Part shown: one piece after another, positions 1-10,205 of the stretch | Numbering within the stretch: position 1 is the first letter of the stretch | Layout: the number at the start of each line of letters is the position of its first letter | Virus record (IMG/VR): IMGVR_UViG_2645728028_000002 | Location: 32,001 to 96,000 of that record | Origin: a virus | Taxonomy: Duplodnaviria; Caudoviricetes | Length of the DNA stretch: 64,000 nt | Direction: 5' to 3' (one strand) | Position numbers and translations under genes: made by a program | The notes under the pieces: model-generated | Told to the model about the DNA's origin: nothing | Database searches by the model: none | What the model saw: the letters and a program-made list of their open reading frames with translations, nothing else

Positions 1-1164
1 TTGTTCAATATCTTCAAGCATAACTCCTAGACGTTTGTATACAGTGTCAAGGTTTAACTTAGCACTGGCAAAGTTTCCACCAGTACCATTTAATAAAGAT
101 CCTGATAAACCATATGCAGACTGAATATCTCCATTGATATGCTCAAACTTTTTACCATCTAACCCATCAGTCTGGATATCTGGGAACTCTAATTTTGCGA
201 AGTCAGGAATTGTTACAACAGTTACACCTTTTTGATTACTCTTTTCTAACGCTGTCTTGACTCCTGTGTGAATTTTTTGTTTTACGGGTTTAGGTAATTT
301 TAGATTTGTTAAAGAGTCATATTTTTCATTTCCGTTTACACCGACAGTTAACACCGCAACTGCATTTATGATCTTATTTGCAATTGAGTGCTCCACATCT
401 TTTAGTTTCTTTTTATGTAGTACATCATATAAACCTGCAGTTACCCATGAAGTGCCTAAGCCTTGGTTTCGTTTTAAAGTTCCAGTCCTTAAAACAAATG
501 TCCTGTCTTGAGGCAGATATTTCAATTTATACTTATCAGGGTCACTAACAAAATTATCATAGTCTTTTTGAGTAATATGAGGTGATAGGTTATCCAATTG
601 CATTTTACGGTAATCATCCGACATCTTCTTAAACCAATTCATATCAATTACACATAACCATTCTCCGTTTTTTCTGTCAGCTGGGAAAATGTGTTGTATA
701 TCATCAAAGATGTAAGGGTAAGCATTGGTTTTATCTCCTAACCAAATACCAACCAAAGTTCCTGCCGTAGAAGTTTGTTTTAATAAGTCACGGGTTAATC
801 GCTTATGCTTAACTCTATGTAAAGTCTTATTAATAGTACCAATGTGTTTATCACCAGTCTTACTCTTTTCAAAGGAATCAAGTTTATAATTTAGGGTTGG
901 AAGTGATTCGATTAACTCAAAAAGCTGATGAACTTCTCCTGAAGAAATGTAGTAATACTGTGCTAAATCTTCAATTTCCTTCTGAAATTTATCAGGGTTA
1001 GCAAAGTATTCCTTGAGTTTTTCTTTTTCAACTTCATCAATAATTCCATGAGAGAACATTTGAGTAATATAGCCAGAAGCGAATGTTGAAACATAATCTG
1101 AATAGTCATTTACCATCCTTTGGTATTCTTCTGAATCTTGATCAATTTTCACTATATCTGTCAT
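1..1164 (-). CDS. Portal protein, SPbeta YonE-like (runs off the window start)
   Basis: Read manually: RBS AGGAGGTG then ATG at 1164, MTDIVKIDQDSEEYQRMVNDYSDYVSTF...; lies directly downstream of the large terminase. Confidence 0.75.
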   Translation of the reverse strand, partial: MTDIVKIDQDSEEYQRMVNDYSDYVSTFASGYITQMFSHGIIDEVEKEKLKEYFANPDKFQKEIEDLAQYYYISSGEVHQLFELIESLPTLNYKLDSFEKSKTGDKHIGTINKTLHRVKHKRLTRDLLKQTSTAGTLVGIWLGDKTNAYPYIFDDIQHIFPADRKNGEWLCVIDMNWFKKMSDDYRKMQLDNLSPHITQKDYDNFVSDPDKYKLKYLPQDRTFVLRTGTLKRNQGLGTSWVTAGLYDVLHKKKLKDVEHSIANKIINAVAVLTVGVNGNEKYDSLTNLKLPKPVKQKIHTGVKTALEKSNQKGVTVVTIPDFAKLEFPDIQTDGLDGKKFEHINGDIQSAYGLSGSLLNGTGGNFASAKLNLDTVYKRLGVMLEDIEQ

Positions 1165-1196
1165 TATTTCACCTCCTGTTTGTTAGATTATATTAT

Positions 1197-2990
1197 TTAG
1201 AAATAAACTAGTGAATCATCCTCATCATATACTTCCTCAACTTCCTCTTTCTCAAGAAATAGAAAGATATAATACAATGCATATGCTAATGCAGAGTATC
1301 TATCTTTATCGATTTTCTTTAAAACTTGCTTAACTGTTATAGATTTTTGAGTTGATTCTAATTTTAAATTTGAGATTTCGTCAATTAGATATTGAGTGTG
1401 GATTCTAGCTTTATCTTCTTCTAAATTTACATTTGAATTGACTGACTTTCCTTTAATTTCATCATTGATTTTAAGTAATTTTAATTTTTCTGTTTCTACA
1501 TAATCGATAAATGTACGGATGATCTCACCGTTGATACCTTGTGCAGTTAAATCATAGACTACTTCTATCGCTGGAGTTACATCTGGTTTTTGATCGGTAT
1601 TAATTGTATCAAAACAACCAAGTTCCTCATTCGTATCAGGGTCAGTCAAATCTTCCAGTAGCCTGTCTATTAAGCCTTTACCTATAACGTTACCATCCAC
1701 AACGATAGCTTTAACCCTTGATTTAAGGATGTCTGAATGTCCACCATAAGCATAAAACAATCTTTTGACAATTAAACTTTGTTCCTTAAAGCTAAGACCA
1801 TTAGGTGGCTCAACAATGTTTACAGCTTGAATTTGTCTTATTGTCCCAGTTTTATTCCTAATTATCTTCAAAACGACAATAGCTGTTTTATTATTGCTTT
1901 GAGAGTTACTTCTAGCAACGTCAACTCCGAATATATACTCATTTAGTTCGAAGTTGCCACGTTTGTCTTTAGGACAGTTTAATTCAGGCTTATCTAAAGT
2001 TCTTATCTTTAGCAACTTTGATATATTAACAAGTGCACCATCAGTTGCACCAACCCACTTACTTTCATAGTTCATGGCAAAAGCAGTGGCAGATGTAGTA
2101 GGATCATTCTTCTTAGCTAATAACTGATTTCTTGTCTCTCCACGACCATAGTGACAAGGTAATTCCCAACTTGCACCTAGAACCATTTTACCTTTTAGGT
2201 TAGCTGTTTCTTTGATCATGTTCAGAATTCTGTTAAATTCATCTGAACCTCTGTAGCCTGATGTGGTTACGAAGTTAATCATCCCGTTCAGTTCAAATGG
2301 ACTTATTACCGACATTTCCCCAATAGTTCTTCGTGGTACGTTTACTACAGGCTCAAGAGCATCTTTAAATAATTCATTATTTAATAATGCAGATTCTTCA
2401 ATATTTAATCTGTGTCTACGTTGACCTTTGGTGCTTTGTGCATTTGCTAAGATCGAATAAGTAGCTCCTGATTTAAAAATTACTTCAGCATTATCTTTAG
2501 AGAAACTGGCTTTGACTATTTCGTTTTGAAGTAGTGGGAATTTTTTAACCAGTTCTTTATGTTTATCCTCGCTTATTGATGCAGCGTTTTCTTTAGTCTG
2601 AGCTGACATAGCAATGTTAATGTCCGCAAAAAAGATACAAGAGTGATAAATAGACATTAATTCAATCATGGTTTTACCAAATCCACGAGGGAAAACTCCA
2701 TATGTGCTTATGAATCTACTCATACATCGTAAAAAGACTCGCTGATCCAAATCTAATCTCATTCCACCTTTTTCTGGCTTAATGAGGTCATAAAATAAAT
2801 CAGGAAACCATCTAGCCCATTGTAAAAACTCAACCCATGATTCAAAATTTTCATCAAAACTATCCTTTTTTAAATCACTTACCTTTACTTGACTATTAAA
2901 TGCTGGATTATCGGCTATCGTTCTCGAAGATTCCCTTGAGTATTTGAAATTGTCATCTTGAAAATGTTTATAACTACTCATCTTCTTCAA
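1197..2990 (-). CDS. Terminase large subunit (YonF-like)
   Basis: Walker A-like PRGFGKT, Walker B-like LNIEE, RNase H-fold nuclease GVDVAR and C-terminal KDRYSAL. Confidence 0.9.
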   Translation of the reverse strand: MKKMSSYKHFQDDNFKYSRESSRTIADNPAFNSQVKVSDLKKDSFDENFESWVEFLQWARWFPDLFYDLIKPEKGGMRLDLDQRVFLRCMSRFISTYGVFPRGFGKTMIELMSIYHSCIFFADINIAMSAQTKENAASISEDKHKELVKKFPLLQNEIVKASFSKDNAEVIFKSGATYSILANAQSTKGQRRHRLNIEESALLNNELFKDALEPVVNVPRRTIGEMSVISPFELNGMINFVTTSGYRGSDEFNRILNMIKETANLKGKMVLGASWELPCHYGRGETRNQLLAKKNDPTTSATAFAMNYESKWVGATDGALVNISKLLKIRTLDKPELNCPKDKRGNFELNEYIFGVDVARSNSQSNNKTAIVVLKIIRNKTGTIRQIQAVNIVEPPNGLSFKEQSLIVKRLFYAYGGHSDILKSRVKAIVVDGNVIGKGLIDRLLEDLTDPDTNEELGCFDTINTDQKPDVTPAIEVVYDLTAQGINGEIIRTFIDYVETEKLKLLKINDEIKGKSVNSNVNLEEDKARIHTQYLIDEISNLKLESTQKSITVKQVLKKIDKDRYSALAYALYYIFLFLEKEEVEEVYDEDDSLVYF

Positions 2991-3900
2991 TCACCTGCAT
3001 CTCAGGAGATGAGTCTAATTCTTGGGACTCATAATCTTGTTTTCTCACTTCATAAAAGTTATAAATATCTTTATACTCTGCTTTGGGTAATCCTTCAAGA
3101 TCACGTATGTAGTTAACGTAAAGCCATAAAGTAACATCAACTTTATCTTTGGGTTGCTCTGTAAACTTTGGTAGTAGAGGAATTATATCTCGATGTTCTT
3201 CAACCATTCTGGACAATTGACCAAAACCATCTAAGCCTTTTGATAAGTCAGCTTTACTCATTTGAGAAGGTTTTAATTTTCCTGCTTCTGCAGCTTCTTT
3301 TGCCATTATCGACCATTCTTTTGCCTCTTTGAATTCACCTTTTGATTTGGCTAATGTCTCTTTAACTTTATTAACGCAATACTCACGTAAATATTCTTCA
3401 TGCATTGTTGTTGGAAGCTGAAAACTTGGTTTTAACTTCCTGAATTTCTTTTCAAAAAGTATATATTCTTCATCAGGATAACCATGCCCATATATTTCTT
3501 TTAACTCTTTCAATTCATCTAAGGGAACATCGATATTTACATTATTAGTGTTAGAAATAGGTTCTTTTATTTCTAATGATTGTTTCGATTCATTTTCAAA
3601 CATACTATCTGCCCATGTCATGTGTCTGAAATCTTTCATACTGATTAACTTAAAATATTCACCTACAGGATTACTGTGGCTTAACGCAGTATCCCAAAGG
3701 TGAGAAACAAAAGCCTTATCCAGCATTCGCAGCGTATTTTTTACACTTTCTAAATCCCTGATGTCAGTCATATCTCTTACACAGAGTTTGCAAACTCTTA
3801 ATCTTTCATCAGCGTCTAATATTGCATATGACTTATAGAAATCTTCAAGTCTTTTTTCTTTTTGACATTTAGAACAGATCTTTTTCGTTACTTTAGTCAT
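2974..3900 (-). CDS. YonG-like protein, probable terminase small subunit or packaging partner
   Basis: N-terminal CxxC...CxxC zinc motif; overlaps the terL start. Confidence 0.65.
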   Translation of the reverse strand: MTKVTKKICSKCQKEKRLEDFYKSYAILDADERLRVCKLCVRDMTDIRDLESVKNTLRMLDKAFVSHLWDTALSHSNPVGEYFKLISMKDFRHMTWADSMFENESKQSLEIKEPISNTNNVNIDVPLDELKELKEIYGHGYPDEEYILFEKKFRKLKPSFQLPTTMHEEYLREYCVNKVKETLAKSKGEFKEAKEWSIMAKEAAEAGKLKPSQMSKADLSKGLDGFGQLSRMVEEHRDIIPLLPKFTEQPKDKVDVTLWLYVNYIRDLEGLPKAEYKDIYNFYEVRKQDYESQELDSSPEMQVIEEDE

Positions 3901-4015
3901 TATGATTCACCTCATTGTTTTTTCGACATTGAAAAAACCTCTTATTCAACGCTCACTTAATCTTAGAAAAAGTGAACGCTGTGTAAGAAGTTCTTGATAA
4001 AATCAGTATTTTAAA

Positions 4016-4279
4016 TTACTCTTCATCTTCAAAATCAGAAGCTTCGGACATTTCCATTTCATGAAGATTCTCTAATTCTTGTAGACTCTGTTTAGCAGAA
4101 TCAATTAGGAATTGTTTACATGACCAACGATTAATCTCTGTGAAGAAGTCCCAAAGAATTTCCTCTAACGGGATATTTCTTTCGAGGTTGTAGTGGATCA
4201 TCTCAACATAGTCCTCAATCATTTCTTCTGGAGTTTCATCGTTTTCTGGCACAATCATTACATTTGGATAATTTTCCAT
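4016..4279 (-). CDS. Acidic hypothetical protein
   Basis: 87 aa ORF with GGGAGG RBS, in operon orientation. Confidence 0.65.
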   Translation of the reverse strand: MENYPNVMIVPENDETPEEMIEDYVEMIHYNLERNIPLEEILWDFFTEINRWSCKQFLIDSAKQSLQELENLHEMEMSEASDFEDEE

Positions 4280-4346
4280 TTAATAACCTCCCATATTTGG
4301 AAGGAAGCGCATGGTTAAACCATGATACCCGCTGTATAATATTTGA

Positions 4347-5570
4347 TTATTTTAGTTTAAAATCAAAAACAGTTGTTCTTCCTAATCCTCTTTCAAATAC
4401 CATCATGTTTGCACCAGCATTAGCTGTCTTTTTCAACTTAACGCTATACTCATCAATTCCACAAATTGAAGGGGCTTGATAGAACTCAACATTTTGCAAA
4501 CCGTCCATTCCAATTGTTTTATTATGTGTGTTATGCAAGTGACCTGTTTTAAGCATATGTATTTGTTTACCATAAACATTAACATAATCTTTAATTGAGT
4601 TTTCAAGGTTCTTTTCATCTTGCCCATGTGTGGCAAGAATTTTAGTACCAACAACATCTACATAAACAAATGCTTTATTATCATGAATAGTGATATTTGG
4701 GTTATCTTTAAGATCTTTCTTAAGAAGCAATGTGATAATTCTCTCCATGTTTTCATGAGGGAAATCACCTTTACTTGAACCTAAAGGTCTAATTTCCATG
4801 TGATTACCTTGGCAAGAATGGTAATCAATATATGTATAATTAGATAGTTCATTTAACCAAGTAGCCATGAAATCCGCATATCCAACGGCTGAATCAAGTA
4901 TGCCAAGTTGAAGTATTTGTAATTGAGACATTCTTAAAATTCCATCAATACTATCCGATAAATTGAAGAGATGTAAATGTTTAATTTTTTCTTTTTCGAT
5001 TCTTGTGATTAATTGATTTAATAGATTCCACATACGTCTTTCAAAGATTTCAACGCTGTACTCATTGATAATTTCATCATCAAAACCACGAATAACCACT
5101 TTCTTACCATAGTGACTATCTGCAATGTCAACAGTATACCCAATATCGCTTACAGTTCTTTCAATTCGATACTTTGGAACTTGAATTCTTGGACGATTCT
5201 CAACTGCTAAAATAAGTTTTTCATAGAAATTCTCTGAACGACCTTGTTCACGAATCCATCTATTAATCTCATTTTTCTCTGCTTGAAGTTTAACTCTTTC
5301 TTTCTGCAGTTCTAATTTTTTCTGAGTTAACTTATCTAGGAATTCATCATCCTCAACAGACTCCAATTGTTTATTATCAATGTTCTCAGACATTTCTTTA
5401 TATGCATAAGATAATTTCCTTAGATGATCAGGCGAACACTCAAGCTTCAGTAAGTCGATTATCTCCGACCAATCTAAATCAATTTCTTTATTTAATTTTG
5501 CAATACAGAGTCTAACCTTATAGTCGAATTCGGATTCACTGTCACGTTTAGTTAGAATAGGGTTAGTCAT
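4347..5570 (-). CDS. Calcineurin-like metallophosphoesterase (YonJ-like)
   Basis: DSH, GNH, THG and GHLH metal-binding motifs after an N-terminal coiled coil. Confidence 0.8.
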   Translation of the reverse strand: MTNPILTKRDSESEFDYKVRLCIAKLNKEIDLDWSEIIDLLKLECSPDHLRKLSYAYKEMSENIDNKQLESVEDDEFLDKLTQKKLELQKERVKLQAEKNEINRWIREQGRSENFYEKLILAVENRPRIQVPKYRIERTVSDIGYTVDIADSHYGKKVVIRGFDDEIINEYSVEIFERRMWNLLNQLITRIEKEKIKHLHLFNLSDSIDGILRMSQLQILQLGILDSAVGYADFMATWLNELSNYTYIDYHSCQGNHMEIRPLGSSKGDFPHENMERIITLLLKKDLKDNPNITIHDNKAFVYVDVVGTKILATHGQDEKNLENSIKDYVNVYGKQIHMLKTGHLHNTHNKTIGMDGLQNVEFYQAPSICGIDEYSVKLKKTANAGANMMVFERGLGRTTVFDFKLK

Positions 5571-5578
5571 TCAATCAC

Positions 5579-5788
5579 CTACTCTTGTACAGAAGGAGTC
5601 AGGTTAACAGATTCTTTAATTGTGATACTAAAGCGTCTATCTTCTCCTTGTAACTGTTCAATAATATCAGAAAGAGTATAAGTTTTAATTTCTTCATCGT
5701 TCTTTTTGGTCGGGTACTCTACAATCTCGTTGTCCTCTAATGAAATTGTGCAATTGCTAAATGAAATAGAAAAATCTTTCTTAGCCAT
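5579..5788 (-). CDS. yonK: YonK family protein
   Basis: 69 aa, MAKK...YTLSDII...FSITIKE pattern; upstream of the yonJ-like gene. Confidence 0.75.
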   Translation of the reverse strand: MAKKDFSISFSNCTISLEDNEIVEYPTKKNDEEIKTYTLSDIIEQLQGEDRRFSITIKESVNLTPSVQE

Positions 5789-5815
5789 ATTGTAAATCTC
5801 CTCCTTGAATTCCTT

Positions 5816-5953
5816 TTATCCTTTTTTTATTCCTAGTTCACTTTCAATTGAAAAGATGGCTGCTGCTATTTCTTTATGATAATTTCCTTCTAGTCTAGAA
5901 AGAGTGCTCAAGTAATCAACTAAAATTCTCAATTTGTCTTCATTCATCTTCAT
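5816..5953 (-). CDS. Small hypothetical protein (45 aa, not in ORF track)
   Basis: GGAGG RBS, MKMNEDKLRILVDYL...GIKKG. Confidence 0.5.
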   Translation of the reverse strand: MKMNEDKLRILVDYLSTLSRLEGNYHKEIAAAIFSIESELGIKKG

Positions 5954-6026
5954 CGTCATCGTCCTCCAAAATTTTTATTGTGAGAGTATGACGCTGCTAT
6001 GTGGTATAGTGTTTGTCATACCATCC

Positions 6027-7247
6027 TTACATTTTATCTGCAATATCTGCCAAACGACTTCGCCATACATTTTGCAGTTCAATTTCACCGTACAATTCAG
6101 TTCCTCTGAAAACCTCGCTCATTCGCTTCATTCCATTGTCAGTGATATATACATCTTTATCTACTTGTTGGTGATAGTCACCGTCCACTATTACTTTTGA
6201 ACCTTCTCCAACCCTCTGCAAACCTAGTTTCATGAGTTCTTTTGTTAAGTTTTGGGCTTCCAATATCCAAGCGATTGTTTTATCACCTGTGTCAAAACCA
6301 CGTAAATCCACAAATGGCAATATATCCAATGTTCCATCTTGAATTTGTCTTGTAATTTCAACTTCATCGCCAAATTTTGCTTTTAACATTGTTCCTACTG
6401 ATGATTGAAGTAATTTTTCTAACTTATCTCCTTTGTAGAAACCTAACTCTTGCGCATGTAGTGATGGTACTGGATTAACGAAGATTACTAATTTATAACC
6501 TTTCTTTTCTACTAAATACCATGCAGTATTCAATGCAATTAATGATTTTCCACTGCCAGCCCGACCTCGAAGAGAAGTGATCTGATTATTTAATATACTA
6601 TCTACTGCCATTATCTGCTGTTCATCACGAGGGACAAAATCATCAAATTGAAATGTTTTAAAGCCTCTCCCTAATTTTCCCTTACTATCACGAAGAGACA
6701 CTAAAAACTCACCATTCCATTTTAAGATATCAAGTAATTCACCATTATCCTTATCATTAAGGATAATGTACTCATTTGTAATTAAATTAAACTGATTCAC
6801 TCCAAGATTTTGATGAATAATTTGCAATTCATCCTTAGAAATTGACTTTTCTAAGAAACCTTTGTAGTCAGTGAAATTTGATTGTTCAATATTTTTAAAA
6901 GGAATATTAAATTGACGACATTTTCTTCTAAGTAGTCTATCATTAGTTATAATGCCTAATCCCTCATCATGCGCAACTTGCAATAAAATGTTGTCAGTGT
7001 ATTGAGGATCAAGTTCATCATCTAAGGTGAATTTATAGTCTTTGAGATTCACATAGGTATTATTAGTTTCATCACATTTCTTTTTAAATCTTCTAATTTG
7101 CCACTGCAAAGTTCTATCTTGTTTCCGAGTCAATTCTAAATGTTCAATTTCTCTATTTACGTGAGAAGGTATTATCACATCATATTCATCTAATACTTCA
7201 GGATTATTTAGAAGTACATTAGTATCGACAATCCATTTATTAGTCAT
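6027..7247 (-). CDS. phoH: PIN-domain + PhoH ATPase (PhoH2-like)
   Basis: PIN motifs IVDTNVL, DNILL, TND; PhoH Walker A GRAGSGKS, LRG, EAQN, DGDYHQ, RS; start moved to MTNKW at 7247 because of the AAGGGG RBS. Confidence 0.88.
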   Translation of the reverse strand: MTNKWIVDTNVLLNNPEVLDEYDVIIPSHVNREIEHLELTRKQDRTLQWQIRRFKKKCDETNNTYVNLKDYKFTLDDELDPQYTDNILLQVAHDEGLGIITNDRLLRRKCRQFNIPFKNIEQSNFTDYKGFLEKSISKDELQIIHQNLGVNQFNLITNEYIILNDKDNGELLDILKWNGEFLVSLRDSKGKLGRGFKTFQFDDFVPRDEQQIMAVDSILNNQITSLRGRAGSGKSLIALNTAWYLVEKKGYKLVIFVNPVPSLHAQELGFYKGDKLEKLLQSSVGTMLKAKFGDEVEITRQIQDGTLDILPFVDLRGFDTGDKTIAWILEAQNLTKELMKLGLQRVGEGSKVIVDGDYHQQVDKDVYITDNGMKRMSEVFRGTELYGEIELQNVWRSRLADIADKM

Positions 7248-7378
7248 ATAATATCCCCTTAATTTATATTTGGTACTTCCAAGACAGGGAGTGATGCGAG
7301 GGGTAGTGATGACCTGTCTTTTATTGCAAAAAAATAGAGCAGAATAAACCACTCTTAAATTTATGTATATTAGATTAA

Positions 7379-7498
7379 TTATTCTTTAATAAAATATTTA
7401 TTGGAGGTAGTGTGAACAACTCCAGATTTGTCAAAGTATATGTAAACTTTCTGATTATCCTTTTCAGTTAACTCCTTGTGGTTTTCCTTTTGATTCAT
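7379..7498 (-). CDS. Small hypothetical protein (39 aa)
   Basis: GAGGAGG RBS, MNQKENHKELTEK... Confidence 0.4.
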   Translation of the reverse strand: MNQKENHKELTEKDNQKVYIYFDKSGVVHTTSNKYFIKE

Positions 7499-7682
7499 GA
7501 CACACTCATTCCTCCTCGATATCCTTTTGTTTGATTATTTAATAAATAAAGAGGGGGAGGTCAACTCTTAAACTTGTACATTAGTATTTTCCTTCCTTAA
7601 GTGGGGATTAACGTTTTTAGAATTTAAAACCTTAATAACCCCTTATATACCAACACTTTCAGAAGATTTTACTGAGAAAATG

Positions 7683-10205
7683 TCACGCTGAATACGATCT
7701 TTCTCTCTGTTTTTGCTTCCTCATTCTTGCATTTTCTCTGTCTTTAATTTTCTGACATGAGGCGCACCTTGTTTTGTTTTTGGTTTTTCTGAATTTGCTT
7801 TCACAGTTTTCACAGCTTAATGAGTCATTTATATTTTCTTTAAGGTTCCGCGTTATTACTTCACCGAAGCAATCCCACAGAGTATCTTTATTTTTGCTAT
7901 CTTTAATATTATAAAGATATTCAACTAGCACATCAGTTATATAGGTTTCATCTGGATTAATCTTTAAAAGTTCTTTTTTAATAATTTCATATATGTAAAG
8001 CTTACTTTTTTTCTTTGTGTCATTATATTTTCCAATTAGAATTTTCTTCTTTTTTTCAAATTCCATGTATTTCGAGATAATAGAGTCGTCTATCTTCACT
8101 TTTTTAGAATTCATTAGCATTTTGTAGTCAAAGGTTCCAGCAACTTGTTTAAAATGGATTCTCTTATTAGGTATTATATACTCAAGCCTATTAACTACAC
8201 TATTGTTAACCTCTTCTACTTGCTTTTTTTCCTTATCTTTAGCGTATATGAAAAAGTGTGGCAATTTTGATTTAGTATATTTTTGTATTTCCGCTTTTAC
8301 GTGCTCAGGAAATTCAGGTAGAAATAATGTCTTAGCATAATCGATCACAAAATTATTATATAATGTTAAAAAACTAATTGCCTTTAAAGAAACATTACTA
8401 CTATTCCATATTTTTGTAATGTCGTTGCTTATTATCCCAATATTAGCCTTATATGCGAGGGTTAAGCTTCTGTAGATATTTTTACTATTGATTTCCTCAG
8501 CTTCTGCTTTAGCCATCTCATAATACAAAGGAACTATACCTTTCATGTTTCTTTCTGCCGCAGTAACCAATGTTTGATCTGCTACAACTAAAGCCTTATC
8601 ACCGTCCACATCGAATTGGAGTATTTTACTAATGGTGTCATAAATACTAGTGTAAACCCCCTTTGTTATAAACCATTTACTCTTTTCCTCATCCACGGTA
8701 TTCTGTCGTATAGCATGTTCACGGTACAAGTGGGGGGAACGTAAACAGTCCAGCTTTATATTGTCGAATAAACTACAATATATTTCCTTATCCTTAAGCA
8801 GACCTTTTGGATTAGTTCTCCCTAAAAACAAGAATTCACAAAAGGCGAATAAGTCAGGAATAATAAAGGTGTATTTACCATTTATTTTGAATTTTGCCGC
8901 TTTAGCATCTCTAACCATACTCTTCTTTTTTGCTTTAATTACCTCTTTCGCATGGGCGTCATTTAAAAGTTCCGGATATATTTCTAATGATTGCTGAAAT
9001 AGATTCTTATATCTGTTATCTTCGGTTGCACCTAAAATCCTCAGCATTGTTTCTTCATCGCTACCAACTCTTATGATATCATCAATGGTTTCTTGGCTAA
9101 TTATTTGCAATTCTTCATCACTCATATCCGTCAGAGATTGAAGCATTTGATAGTTCAAATATGAGTCAAGAGATACGTCTTCTTCATTTAATCTAGCAGC
9201 TTGACAATTGAATTTAATAAATCTACTTTGATAGTCTTTCCAGTCATTATAATATTTGTGCATTTTGAATTGGGATTTAGTAAAAATTATTTCGATTTTA
9301 TCTTTTTTTATATCCCATTCCTTACCATAGATGTCTTTAACAACGTAAGATTTGTTTTCTTCTGCAAACTTATCATAAGGAAACGGGACTAATAGCCCCT
9401 TCACAAATGGCAGCCTGCACATAAAAGCTTTATCAGAAACAGACTCAAGGATCATTCCGCACCCATCAGTGTGCTCTATTGGAATGTTCATTTTCTTCCT
9501 TTCAATTTCAAATGTATCACGATCTATAAAATCGACTTCTGAGAATACATTAGTTTCTAAGTCATTTACTACAATGGCACGATTAATATCAAAATTACTC
9601 CATTCATCTGATGCACTATTAGATAAAGCAAGATAAGCTTGGTATTTATTAATGTTTATACCACCCTTGCTATTTATCTCATCGACACTAAGTCCACATG
9701 TTAAAGTGTTTTTATGTTTTTCCCAAACAGATTCCTTCAAAAACACGGATTTTTTCGTGCGTATTTGTCCAGCACTCGAAGAGAAATAAATATACTTTTC
9801 TCCATTGTAAATAAACCCATTATGTATTATATCCTCTAGAACCTCGAAGAAAAATGCTTGAACAACTATTATGTCCTTAGATAATTGATCCTGTTCGGCT
9901 CCAATTGTTCGTGTAAGAGTGGAGTCAAAAAGTGCTATAACCTTATTGTCCCTCAGACTAACATTTCTTAAAATCCTTGTTTCCTCGTTTTTATCAAATA
10001 AACTATACAATTCATCTTTTAATAAATTTATCTTAGTATTTATCTTCTTTTTATATTTCGGATAATCTTTTTTCATCTTTTTAAGATAGTTTCTGTATTT
10101 ATAATACTTTAGAAGTTTATTATGTATTTTCTGTTCCTTTTCATTGTAAAAACATGAAGTATCTACAGAGTAAATATAGATTTGACGATTTAACTTAGTT
10201 ACCAT
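7683..10205 (-). CDS. yonO: Single-subunit DNA-dependent RNA polymerase YonO
   Basis: 840 aa; TDGCG, KG, LRSPH and catalytic FDVDGD motifs of the two-barrel family; C-terminal zinc ribbon; SPbeta synteny. Confidence 0.92.
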   Translation of the reverse strand: MVTKLNRQIYIYSVDTSCFYNEKEQKIHNKLLKYYKYRNYLKKMKKDYPKYKKKINTKINLLKDELYSLFDKNEETRILRNVSLRDNKVIALFDSTLTRTIGAEQDQLSKDIIVVQAFFFEVLEDIIHNGFIYNGEKYIYFSSSAGQIRTKKSVFLKESVWEKHKNTLTCGLSVDEINSKGGININKYQAYLALSNSASDEWSNFDINRAIVVNDLETNVFSEVDFIDRDTFEIERKKMNIPIEHTDGCGMILESVSDKAFMCRLPFVKGLLVPFPYDKFAEENKSYVVKDIYGKEWDIKKDKIEIIFTKSQFKMHKYYNDWKDYQSRFIKFNCQAARLNEEDVSLDSYLNYQMLQSLTDMSDEELQIISQETIDDIIRVGSDEETMLRILGATEDNRYKNLFQQSLEIYPELLNDAHAKEVIKAKKKSMVRDAKAAKFKINGKYTFIIPDLFAFCEFLFLGRTNPKGLLKDKEIYCSLFDNIKLDCLRSPHLYREHAIRQNTVDEEKSKWFITKGVYTSIYDTISKILQFDVDGDKALVVADQTLVTAAERNMKGIVPLYYEMAKAEAEEINSKNIYRSLTLAYKANIGIISNDITKIWNSSNVSLKAISFLTLYNNFVIDYAKTLFLPEFPEHVKAEIQKYTKSKLPHFFIYAKDKEKKQVEEVNNSVVNRLEYIIPNKRIHFKQVAGTFDYKMLMNSKKVKIDDSIISKYMEFEKKKKILIGKYNDTKKKSKLYIYEIIKKELLKINPDETYITDVLVEYLYNIKDSKNKDTLWDCFGEVITRNLKENINDSLSCENCESKFRKTKNKTRCASCQKIKDRENARMRKQKQRERSYSA

